Shown one piece after another: positions 55,351-64,000 of a stretch of DNA of 64,000 nucleotides. The DNA lies in the NCBI GenBank assembly GCA_001189215.1, contig LFCR01000004.1, forward strand, positions 162,244 to 226,243, in the 5' to 3' direction. This stretch comes from Parcubacteria bacterium C7867-008. Its GTDB lineage: Bacteria > Patescibacteriota > Minisyncoccia > Phycocordibacterales > Phycocordibacteraceae. A program made the translations under genes and the position numbers. The notes beneath the pieces were generated by a model. The model ran no database searches. It was not told the origin of the DNA and saw nothing but the letters and a program-made list of their open reading frames with translations. Numbering within the stretch: the stretch's first letter is position 1; each line of letters begins with the position of its first letter.

Positions 55351-57015
55351 TTACTGAAAGAATTCAGGTTTTGTTGCGTGGAGGTTGGTGAAGAAGTGGT
55401 GCATAGCATAGATACCTCCGATACTTGTTCCTGCAGGGCCCTTCTCCATCACCACGGTGTATACATACTTCGGATTATCGTACGGGAAAAATCCAACAGC
55501 CCAGGTGTTATAGAACTCGTTATGGAACCCGAGCTGTGCAGTACCGGTCTTTCCTGCAATCTTTGTGAAAGAAAGATCATTGAGCCCAAGAGAGGTACCT
55601 TCGGTGGCACCTATGCGCATACCTTCGCGTGCAACCTGTAGTGCTGCCTGACTTACAGGAATACTCTGTCCTGCAAGTGGTGGATCTTTTATGAGGGTTG
55701 GCTTCACTAACTTGCCACCGTTAGCAATAGCAGCAATGGCCCGAGCAGCTTCAAGGGGCGTTATCTGCACTGCGTACTGTCCGATACCCGTATGATACGT
55801 GTCGCCGATACGCCATGGCTCTTTAATGGTTTGTTCTTTCCATGCGGGTGATGGTACAAACCCACTCTTCTCACCGGCTAATTCAATACCGGTTGCTTTA
55901 GTTAATCCATAGGTCTCATACCAGTACTTAAGACGTTCGATACCCAGTCCTTTCTGACCACCGAAGCCACCTGTCACGGTATAGAAATAGACGTCTGAAG
56001 ACCACGCAATAGCGTGGCGCATATCCATAGCACCAAGTGCCTTCCAGTCTTTGAAAATGCTTGGATGTTCAGGATCGTATGGGTTTGGAAGTGAGATTGA
56101 ACCACTGGAGTATATGGTAGTTTCAGGTGCAATGATGCCATCGGTCATGACACCGGTTGCGATAAGTGGCTTCACTATGGATCCAGGTGTGTACAGACCA
56201 TTCACGGGACGATCGAGGTATGGCTGACGGGTGTCTTGAGAATAGCTGCCAATGATATCTGATGGACCGCCACTTGAAAGAACATTGGGGTCATATTCAG
56301 GATATGAAACCAGTGCAATCACTTCACCCGTGTTCACGTCCATTATTACTCCTGCCCCACCTTGATACGGAACCTTATCTGCTGTTTCCTTTATTGCGTC
56401 ATACAGTGCTTTTTGTGCAGCTGCATCGATAGAGAGAGTCAGTGACTGTCCATTCTGTGCAGGCTTCACACTTCCCTGACTCTGCACATGTCCAAGCGCA
56501 TCTTCTTCAACAAGAAGCGTACCGTTTGTACCTGAGAGTGTTTCATTAAATGCTGATTCAACACCGGCAAGACCCGTGATAACGGTGTCGTAATAGCGTC
56601 CAGCAGAATCTTTCTTTGGATACGATACATATCCGAGCAGGTGTCCGAAACCTGGAGATGCATAGGTGCGCTTCACTGAACCATCTTCGGTTTCAATGTT
56701 AGAAACAAGCGGTGTGCCTGTACGGTCAAGAATGGCTCCCCGTTGCGCAAACAATACTTCTGGACGCAGACGATTACGCTCACTCTGATTTGCAAATGTT
56801 GTTCCTTGAAGGAGTTCGAGATTCGCTGCCTGAGCAACAAGAGCACCAAATATAAGAAATGATACGAGAAAGAGTCCGAAGTATGTGGAACGTCCTATCG
56901 GCTTTTCGAGACGACCTTCAAGACTATTCTGATTAAACTCAGGTAAGTTAGAGGCATCCAGGAAGATGTCATCCGGATTGAGTTCTGGATCCTTGTATCG
57001 TCGTTTGCCGAACAT
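55351..57015 (-). CDS. mrdA: Penicillin-binding protein 2
   Basis: PGSIVK, SSD, GKTGTAQ; follows mreBCD. Confidence 0.9.
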   Translation of the reverse strand: MFGKRRYKDPELNPDDIFLDASNLPEFNQNSLEGRLEKPIGRSTYFGLFLVSFLIFGALVAQAANLELLQGTTFANQSERNRLRPEVLFAQRGAILDRTGTPLVSNIETEDGSVKRTYASPGFGHLLGYVSYPKKDSAGRYYDTVITGLAGVESAFNETLSGTNGTLLVEEDALGHVQSQGSVKPAQNGQSLTLSIDAAAQKALYDAIKETADKVPYQGGAGVIMDVNTGEVIALVSYPEYDPNVLSSGGPSDIIGSYSQDTRQPYLDRPVNGLYTPGSIVKPLIATGVMTDGIIAPETTIYSSGSISLPNPYDPEHPSIFKDWKALGAMDMRHAIAWSSDVYFYTVTGGFGGQKGLGIERLKYWYETYGLTKATGIELAGEKSGFVPSPAWKEQTIKEPWRIGDTYHTGIGQYAVQITPLEAARAIAAIANGGKLVKPTLIKDPPLAGQSIPVSQAALQVAREGMRIGATEGTSLGLNDLSFTKIAGKTGTAQLGFHNEFYNTWAVGFFPYDNPKYVYTVVMEKGPAGTSIGGIYAMHHFFTNLHATKPEFFQ

Positions 57016-57017
57016 GC

Positions 57018-57278
57018 TTACATAATACGTGTTTTCACAAAGGTACGCACGAGTGCGGCAACAATACACAATACTAAGCCAATTATGCTCCCTATCGGTA
57101 GGTATCCGCTTGGTTCATAGAGTAAATCGGTAAGCATTCCTATGGCAATGGCTATAGGCGGAAATATAAATGCTGCACCAAATGCGAGTACCACCGTTAT
57201 GGCCGCAGGAAAAATGAAGGGCGAAACACAGGCAAGGAGAATAATGCCAACACGTGTAGACAGTGGCAGTTGGATCAT
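57018..57278 (-). CDS. Short membrane protein in MreD position
   Basis: 86 aa hydrophobic, GMLTDLLY motif; between mreC and mrdA. Confidence 0.6.
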   Translation of the reverse strand: MIQLPLSTRVGIILLACVSPFIFPAAITVVLAFGAAFIFPPIAIAIGMLTDLLYEPSGYLPIGSIIGLVLCIVAALVRTFVKTRIM

Positions 57279-58078
57279 GGATTTGATCGAGACACCGTTA
57301 CCCAAACAAGTGAGAAAGGATTTACATACGGATGAACATGAAGCACAACGTTTGGAGATGATGGGTCACTATCGATACGCGCCACCGACCCAATAGGAAG
57401 AGCCCCCGCTCCCGCAATGTATACTCCCTGTCCTTCTGTTACTCCTGCTGCTTTAGGAAGTTCAGCGGTAAAGGCACCTGAGCCTGATCCTTTTACCATG
57501 ACGGGTGTACGTGCTTCACCTACCCATGCAGCAGTCTCAAGACCGGGATTTGAATAAAGAGTGATGCGAGAAGATTTAGCAGCAACGCTTGCAACCGTGC
57601 CCACTGGTGTTCCACCCGGACCATAGGCGGTTGATCCAAGACTTACTCCAGATTCAGTACCCTGATCAATAATAAGAACATCGTATGGTGCTACCGGCGG
57701 TCGAGCGAGTACCGCAGCAAGAATACCGGGTGCTGCTTCTGTGCGTGAACCAAGTAGTGCTTCGAGATCATGTATGCGAGTGCTTAGCCTCAAATTATCT
57801 GCTTGAAGCACTACGTTTTCGGTAACAAGCTGATCACGCTCATTCGCAACAATGACGGAATTCTTAAATCCCTTAGTAACATATTCAATACCGTTACCAA
57901 CAAGTGAGCCTGTTCCCCATAGTGGTGATGCAATAGCTATAAATACCCCAGGTGCTGCAAACCGTATGATTGCAAGCACGATCATTATAAAAATAAGTAC
58001 GCCGGCAATAGCTTGCCCTGGCGTTATAAGCGCATTACGAGTGCGTGCACTAGTTCTGTGTAAGTACGGCCTCTTCAT
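57275..58078 (-). CDS. mreC: Rod shape-determining protein MreC
   Basis: TM, coiled coil, AAVLARPP...LIIDQGTESGV. Confidence 0.88.
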   Translation of the reverse strand: MKRPYLHRTSARTRNALITPGQAIAGVLIFIMIVLAIIRFAAPGVFIAIASPLWGTGSLVGNGIEYVTKGFKNSVIVANERDQLVTENVVLQADNLRLSTRIHDLEALLGSRTEAAPGILAAVLARPPVAPYDVLIIDQGTESGVSLGSTAYGPGGTPVGTVASVAAKSSRITLYSNPGLETAAWVGEARTPVMVKGSGSGAFTAELPKAAGVTEGQGVYIAGAGALPIGSVARIDSDPSSPNVVLHVHPYVNPFSLVWVTVSRSNP

Positions 58079-59105
58079 GCATGAATGATTCCTGCCACGC
58101 ACGCGGATTCTCGGTAACAATACCGGTACCACGGACCACAGCAGTAAGTGGGTCGTCTGCAACGAACACAGGTACTCCAAGCATCTTTGCAAGAAGTTCA
58201 GGAAGTCCGCGCAGGAGTGCACCTCCTCCGAACACGGTTACTCCTCGCTCCAGCACATCAGAAAGAAGTTCTGGCGGAGTCCGTTCAATCACATCCTTCA
58301 TGGCTTCCATAAGACTATCCATGGATGGTGCGAGTGCTTCACGAACATGTGCGTCAGTGAGAATAACCTCGCGTGGTAGACCGGTAGCAAGGTCACGTCC
58401 ACGAATCGGTCGCTCAAGTACTTCATCAAGAGGTAGTACGGCACCAATGGCTATTTTGGCATCTTCTGCGGTGCGTTCACCAATGGCGAGCGAGAACTCA
58501 CTACGTACAAAATCAATGATGTTCTCATTCAAGCGATCACCTGCTATTTGAGAACTCTTTCCGGCAACCGTACCACCAAGTGAAATTACGGCGATGTCTG
58601 TGGTGCCCGCACCAATATCAAGAACCATGGTACCAATCGCTTCGTTGATAGGAAGCTTTGAACCAATTGCACCTGCCATCGGTTCTTCAAGAATGTATAC
58701 CTCACGGGCACCGCTAGTGAGTGCAGCGTCACGTACCGCACGACTCTCGACGTTAGTAACACCGGTTGGGACACCCACCACCACACGGGGACCAAATAAT
58801 CGGGTACGACCACTCTGTGCCTTATGGATGAGATAGGAGAGCAATTCTTGAGTAACTTCAAAGTCTGAAATCACCCCATGAGAAAGGGGGCGGACAGCCT
58901 TGATATGTCCTGGCGTTTTCCCAAGCATTGCCTTAGCAGCATTACCGACTGCTACGACCTGACCGGTCTTTTCGTTCACGGTTACCACCGATGGTTCATT
59001 GATCACAATTCCACGACCACGCACATACACAAGTGTGTTGCCGGTGCCGAGATCGATACCAATATCGCTCGAGAAAAGTGAACTAGTGCTAAAACGATTT
59101 GCCAT
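58050..59105 (-). CDS. mreB: Rod shape-determining protein MreB
   Basis: IDLGTGNT, NEPSVV, EEPMAGAIG, DIGAGTT, GGGALL. Confidence 0.96.
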   Translation of the reverse strand: MANRFSTSSLFSSDIGIDLGTGNTLVYVRGRGIVINEPSVVTVNEKTGQVVAVGNAAKAMLGKTPGHIKAVRPLSHGVISDFEVTQELLSYLIHKAQSGRTRLFGPRVVVGVPTGVTNVESRAVRDAALTSGAREVYILEEPMAGAIGSKLPINEAIGTMVLDIGAGTTDIAVISLGGTVAGKSSQIAGDRLNENIIDFVRSEFSLAIGERTAEDAKIAIGAVLPLDEVLERPIRGRDLATGLPREVILTDAHVREALAPSMDSLMEAMKDVIERTPPELLSDVLERGVTVFGGGALLRGLPELLAKMLGVPVFVADDPLTAVVRGTGIVTENPRAWQESFMHEEAVLTQN

Positions 59106-59110
59106 ACGTA

Positions 59111-60373
59111 TTATTGAGAAACGGAGCCCATATGCGCCACTAGATCTGCACGGGAGACTTTCTTCACTTCCCCCGTAGCGCGATCTACCACCTCAACAAG
59201 ACCAGTTGAAATTGTATCTTTTCCAATAAGAATACGTGTTGGAATACCAATGAGATCACTGTCTGCAAGCTTCTCTCCTGCTCGTGCATCACGGTCGTCA
59301 TAGAGCACTTCTACCCCAAGCGCTGTTAGTTCTTCGTAGAGAGAGTCTGCATACGCAACGATAACCTCGTCATTTGATACCAGCGAAAGGAGGTGAATAC
59401 CAAATGGAGCAACCGATGCAGGCCACACTATACCCTTCTCATCAGAAAGGAGCTCAACGATTGTTCCCATCAAGCGACCGATACCAATACCGTAGGCACC
59501 AAAGACTGCTGGTTTATCAATACCATCCTCATCCTTGAAGGTTACGCCAAGTTCCTTGGTATAGCGTGTTCCATACTTGAAGATGTTTCCAACCTCTATA
59601 GACTTTGCTTCTCGTAGCGTCTCCCGAGTAACCCCAAGCCCTTCAAGAATGTCATCTTTGAGTACTTCCTCATTTACGGCGATATTCTTCGCATCATCAA
59701 TATAGACAATATCTTCGCCAGCATCACAAACAGTCTGGAACTCGTGACTGAATTGAGAGAACATGCCGCCTGAAGCGAATGTGACAAATGTCTTATCTCC
59801 AATACCTGCACGATCGTAGACATTCTTGTATGCCTGAATTGCTTTTTCGTAGAAGGCATCGAGTTCTTCTTCAGTACGATTGAAAGAATACATGTCCTTC
59901 ATCATGAATTCGCGACCGCGCATGATACCACTCTTCGCACGTAGTTCATTGCGGAACTTTGTCTGGAACTGATAGGTATATTTTGGAAGATCACGATATG
60001 AGTTCACGTGATCACGCATCATGCGTGCCATCGGTTCTTCATGGGTGCATCCAAGACCAAGTTCCGTATCATTCTTGAGTTTAGTCTTAAACCATACATC
60101 CACTTTCTCGTCGTCCCAACGATCTGTTTGCTTCCAGATCTCTGGGTCCTGCAGTGCTGTAAGTGACACCTCCTGACCACCTATTGCATTCATTTCCTCA
60201 CGAATAATGCCCTTGATCTTATCGATGACACGGAGACCCAGTGGTAGATAATCGTAGGCACCTGCCATTTCCTTGTGCACATATCCTGCACGGATTAAGA
60301 GCTGGGCGTTTTTAGAGACTTCATCAGCGGGAGCCTCTCGACGAGTCTTTGTAAAAAGGTGGGTTTGTCGCAT
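59111..60373 (-). CDS. proS: Proline--tRNA ligase (short form, no editing domain)
   Basis: LLIRAGY, THEE, KFRNELR...REFMMKDMYSF, YGIGIGR. Confidence 0.95.
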   Translation of the reverse strand: MRQTHLFTKTRREAPADEVSKNAQLLIRAGYVHKEMAGAYDYLPLGLRVIDKIKGIIREEMNAIGGQEVSLTALQDPEIWKQTDRWDDEKVDVWFKTKLKNDTELGLGCTHEEPMARMMRDHVNSYRDLPKYTYQFQTKFRNELRAKSGIMRGREFMMKDMYSFNRTEEELDAFYEKAIQAYKNVYDRAGIGDKTFVTFASGGMFSQFSHEFQTVCDAGEDIVYIDDAKNIAVNEEVLKDDILEGLGVTRETLREAKSIEVGNIFKYGTRYTKELGVTFKDEDGIDKPAVFGAYGIGIGRLMGTIVELLSDEKGIVWPASVAPFGIHLLSLVSNDEVIVAYADSLYEELTALGVEVLYDDRDARAGEKLADSDLIGIPTRILIGKDTISTGLVEVVDRATGEVKKVSRADLVAHMGSVSQ

Positions 60374-60439
60374 TCCCCCCAGTATACGGCTCTTGCTTCC
60401 CTTCGCAAAAGCTATTTGCAAAAGTTAAGAAATAAGTTC

Positions 60440-61531
60440 TTATGCGAACAACTTAAAGACATCGTGTGTGCTGACAATGATCATAAGGAGAATAAGGAAC
60501 GCGAATCCAACCGTGTTTACCGTCCTTCCTACTGCAGCATTAATTCGTCTTCGGGTTATTGCTTCAATAAGGACAAATAGTAGACGACCACCATCAAGTG
60601 CAGGGATTGGTATGAGGTTTATGAGCGCTAGGTTAATAGAAATGATTGCCGTTATGGTCAGCAAAGAGGTAAAGCCATTATCTGCCGCACTCCCTATCGC
60701 TCCCGCAATACCGATTGGCCCGGTCACCTGTGCAAGATCAGTTGAGAGCGTGAAGATACCTCCAAAGAAGTGCGCGAGTCCGATGGCTGTTTGTTTGGTG
60801 AGTTCCCACGTGAGTTCTGCTGCTTGGACAGGAGCCTCATACCAAGACACGGGAATAGTACCCACAGACGATACCGCTATACCAAGTCCAATGCGCCAAG
60901 GCTCTGCTGCAATAACACCACTCTTAGGCGTTGCAACAATTGTTATGTCTTCATTGTTTCGCTCAACCTTGAACGTGAGTGGCGTAAGCGTACGATCGTC
61001 CCCCACGAAGGTAGTGAAGCTATCCGTTCCAGCACCTGTGAATGTTCCATTCTTGCCCTCCACTGAATGGATCAGATCACCTGGCATGAAGCCGGCCTCT
61101 GCTGCGGGGCTTCCTGGAAGAACATTTGCTACCGCTATAACCGCATCGGGATCACGCGTTGCTTCTGCGTCGGTGAGAGCACGCTGCGTGCCAATACCAA
61201 GTGCCACAGTAATAAGGACGTATGCAAAGAGCAGGTTCATAACAATACCCGCTACCAAGGTTAGTGCCTGGAGTATCTTAGGACGTGAGCTGAATGCATC
61301 TTTTCCTGACGCATCAGTTTCATCTTCTCCATAGATACGCACAAATCCACCAAACGGAAGCCAATTCAAGGTGTACTCGGTTCCTCCTTTCTTAAAACCC
61401 CAGGCACGTGGAGGATACCCAACACCAAACTCGTCCACACGCATACCAGAAAGCTTTGCGACGATAAAGTGCCCAAACTCATGGGCCACAATGAGTGCCA
61501 CGAGTACGATTATGAAAAGGATTGCTGACAT
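60440..61531 (-). CDS. rseP: Site-2 protease RseP (M50, PDZ)
   Basis: HEFGH, PFGGFV, NLIPIPALDGG. Confidence 0.93.
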   Translation of the reverse strand: MSAILFIIVLVALIVAHEFGHFIVAKLSGMRVDEFGVGYPPRAWGFKKGGTEYTLNWLPFGGFVRIYGEDETDASGKDAFSSRPKILQALTLVAGIVMNLLFAYVLITVALGIGTQRALTDAEATRDPDAVIAVANVLPGSPAAEAGFMPGDLIHSVEGKNGTFTGAGTDSFTTFVGDDRTLTPLTFKVERNNEDITIVATPKSGVIAAEPWRIGLGIAVSSVGTIPVSWYEAPVQAAELTWELTKQTAIGLAHFFGGIFTLSTDLAQVTGPIGIAGAIGSAADNGFTSLLTITAIISINLALINLIPIPALDGGRLLFVLIEAITRRRINAAVGRTVNTVGFAFLILLMIIVSTHDVFKLFA

Positions 61532-61543
61532 TTCTTTAGTGTA

Positions 61544-62095
61544 CTACAGCGCGATCTCGTCTTGCTTTCGTTTCATCTGCGCCTCTAGCGTCTCAACACC
61601 TTTATCAATAAACTTCTGTACCTCTTCTTTGAGACGCTTGAGATCATCGGTACCCATACCCCCTTCCTTTTCAGCAGCATCAAGTTCTTTAAGTGCATCG
61701 GTTCGGTGACCTCGTAGGGTAACTTTTGCTTGTTCAGACTTCTCACCTGCAAGCTTCTGAAGAAGGGTGCGGCGTTCTGCAGTAAGCATGGGGAAGATAA
61801 CGCGAAGTCCCCCGTCATCAACAGCAACAGAGACGCCAAGGTCAGCATCATTAATCGCTCGCTCAATATCCTTAGTTATTGATTTATCCCAGGGCACAAT
61901 ACGAAGAGTTCGAGCATCTTCAATAGTCACGCTCGCAACAGATGGGATCGGGGTTCGAGATCCATAAATCTCAGGCTTTATCGAGTCAAGGAGGGTTGGT
62001 GTTGCGCGGCCAGTGCGAATGTTAGACATCTCCCGTTGAAGCCATTCCTCGGTCTCCTGAATATTCGCTTTTAGCGTTGAAAAGTCATATGCCAT
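61544..62095 (-). CDS. frr: Ribosome recycling factor
   Basis: IRTGRATP.LLD, PWDK, LTAERR; ATG 8 nt after TACACT. Confidence 0.95.
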   Translation of the reverse strand: MAYDFSTLKANIQETEEWLQREMSNIRTGRATPTLLDSIKPEIYGSRTPIPSVASVTIEDARTLRIVPWDKSITKDIERAINDADLGVSVAVDDGGLRVIFPMLTAERRTLLQKLAGEKSEQAKVTLRGHRTDALKELDAAEKEGGMGTDDLKRLKEEVQKFIDKGVETLEAQMKRKQDEIAL

Positions 62096-62305
62096 ATAGG
62101 AGGAGTGTATCAGATGGATTGTTGGTACAAAAGGCTGAAATGGCACATCAAATTCTTCTGGATACGACATGCGGAAACACTGTTGATACTTTACGGTCTC
62201 TCATGCAAAGCGTACCTTTTATGAAGGTATCTTCATGAAGCCTTCATGCCCAAACAAGGATACTTCGTGGACATTACCCGCACACCGTAGTAATTCCAGA
62301 ACTGT

Positions 62306-62983
62306 ATGAGAATACTCATTGTTGAAGACGAAGCTAAACTTGCAGAAGCCTTGAAGAAGGGCCTTGAATTGAAGGGCTACACCGTAGACTGGCTTTCAGA
62401 CAGCGAGAAGGCACGTACACGTATAATGTTATACCGCGATGAGTATGATCTCATTCTCCTTGATCTTATGCTTCCAGGAATTGATGGAGCAACTATTTGT
62501 AAGGATGTCCGCGCTGAAGGTGTTACTACTCCTATTATTATCCTCACCGCACGTGATGAGACTGAACAGAAGATCAATCTCCTAAACCTGGGTGCAGACG
62601 ACTATATTGCAAAGCCATTCTCCTTCGATGAAGTGGTGGCGCGCATGAATGCGGTTATGCGTCGCCCAACAGAAACACTTCCAACCACGCTTAGCGTTCG
62701 TGATATCGAACTTGATCCCGGAAAGCATACCGTTACCAAAGGAGGCAAACCGGTTGCTCTTACTCTTAAAGAATTCTCACTCCTTGAATTCTTTATGCGT
62801 CACCCAAATGAAGCATTGAAGCGTGAGCAGGTACTGGATCACGTGTGGAGTTTCGACTTCCCCGCATTCAGTAACGTACTCGATGTACATATGAAGAACC
62901 TCCGTAAGAAACTCGACGACTATGCAAATGCCGACCCCCTCTTCGAAACGATTCGAGGTATTGGGTACCGACTTAACGGATAA
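62306..62983 (+). CDS. OmpR-family response regulator
   Basis: ILIVEDE, LDLMLP, KPF, ETIRGIGYR. Confidence 0.95.
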   Translation: MRILIVEDEAKLAEALKKGLELKGYTVDWLSDSEKARTRIMLYRDEYDLILLDLMLPGIDGATICKDVRAEGVTTPIIILTARDETEQKINLLNLGADDYIAKPFSFDEVVARMNAVMRRPTETLPTTLSVRDIELDPGKHTVTKGGKPVALTLKEFSLLEFFMRHPNEALKREQVLDHVWSFDFPAFSNVLDVHMKNLRKKLDDYANADPLFETIRGIGYRLNG

Positions 62984-64000
62984 GTACCGAAACAATCCGT
63001 ACGTAAAAAGTACGGTGCACATAATTGCCCTTCAGATTGTTCTTACCATCCTAACGATTGCGGTCTTTGGTTGGGGTTTGCAGTACTCGCAGACACAAAT
63101 TGTTGGGTCTATTAGTGAACACATAGCAGAAGCAATGCGTGGTGGCATCACTAATAGCAATACACTCAGTCATACAATAACTGAGGTCCGTACAGACACG
63201 ATTGCGTATGTATTCGTGATACTTATCCTATTGACCGTTGTGTTCGGCTTCCTAGCTGCACGCTTCGCACTACGTCCTACACGAGATTCACTTCAATTCC
63301 AGAAACGTTTCATTGGCAATGTTGCTCACGAGATTCGTACACCGCTTGCCATAATTAAAACAAGTACTGAAGTTGCATTGATGGATCCTCGTGTATCTAC
63401 AGATATTCGAGAGACTCTTACACAAACCATTACTGAACTCGATAGGATTTCTGAGACTATCAATAATCTCCTTTCCTTCGATAACCTTATACGGCCTGGT
63501 CGGATAAAGTCTGAGTGTGTTGATGTGGCTAGTCTTATACGCACGGTCTCCGAAAGACATCACGCACTCGCAGACTCTAGAGGCGTTATGTTACGCATAC
63601 ATATTCCCGATGGCGAGTATATGGTGTTGGGTAACGCGGTTGCACTTGATCAAGTACTCACCAACCTTATTAAAAATGCCATCAACTATACACCAGAAAA
63701 TAAAGGTGGCTCTGTATCGGTATCAATAGAAGCGGATTATCGTGGACGAATTATTATATCAATCGTAGATACCGGTATTGGTATTGCACAAAAGGATCTG
63801 TATCACATATTTGAACCATTTTATCGTGCAGAAACATCACGCAATCGCGGCGTGGGCGGTGGAACTTCTGGACTTGGACTTGCAATTGTAAACGAAATCG
63901 TACGGTTACATCGTGGCACCATCACCGTTCGCAGTGCGGTAGGCCACGGGACAACCATGGAGCTATGTTTTCCAAATGTTAATGATCCATCAAATAAACG
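62922..64000 (+). CDS. Sensor histidine kinase (partial at right edge; start uncertain: 62922, 62928 or later)
   Basis: Manual translation: 2 TMs, VAHEIRTPL, NLIKNAINY, DTGIGI, FEPFYR, GLGLAIV; no stop before window end. Confidence 0.9.
   Translation, partial: MQMPTPSSKRFEVLGTDLTDKYRNNPYVKSTVHIIALQIVLTILTIAVFGWGLQYSQTQIVGSISEHIAEAMRGGITNSNTLSHTITEVRTDTIAYVFVILILLTVVFGFLAARFALRPTRDSLQFQKRFIGNVAHEIRTPLAIIKTSTEVALMDPRVSTDIRETLTQTITELDRISETINNLLSFDNLIRPGRIKSECVDVASLIRTVSERHHALADSRGVMLRIHIPDGEYMVLGNAVALDQVLTNLIKNAINYTPENKGGSVSVSIEADYRGRIIISIVDTGIGIAQKDLYHIFEPFYRAETSRNRGVGGGTSGLGLAIVNEIVRLHRGTITVRSAVGHGTTMELCFPNVNDPSNK

Noticed and set aside
60468-61334. 288-aa antisense ORF
   Set aside because: Shadow of rseP.

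Overview
Compact bacterial chromosome segment, genetic code 11. By inference it is Patescibacteria/CPR, Parcubacteria-like: short ProRS, archaeal-type AspRS, L9 present, fragmented dcw and ribosomal operons, a pilin, and no biosynthetic pathways. The backbone is housekeeping: 7 aminoacyl-tRNA synthetases, tRNA-Tyr and tRNA-Glu, scpAB, mraY/ftsW/murG, mraZ-rsmH-ftsL-ftsI-murF, mreBCD-mrdA, dnaB, recR, rmuC, greA, frr, rpmA/rplI/rplU, and a two-component system running off the right edge. Two expression grammars coexist. Most core genes have a bare -10 hexamer 6-9 nt before the ATG and no Shine-Dalgarno (SD), so they are predicted leaderless. About 14 GC-richer orphan genes sit between them as self-contained modules, most with a TTGAC-type -35/-10 promoter, leader, SD, ORF and intrinsic terminator. 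Notable modules are a B12-binding radical SAM enzyme (CX8CX2C) fused to a signal peptide and a Trp-rich segment, a second Gre-family factor with a poly-acidic tip, and an orphan behind a leader peptide with competing antiterminator/terminator stems. No CRISPR, rRNA, transposase or integrase was recognised. All product calls come from motif recognition by eye; no database search was run.
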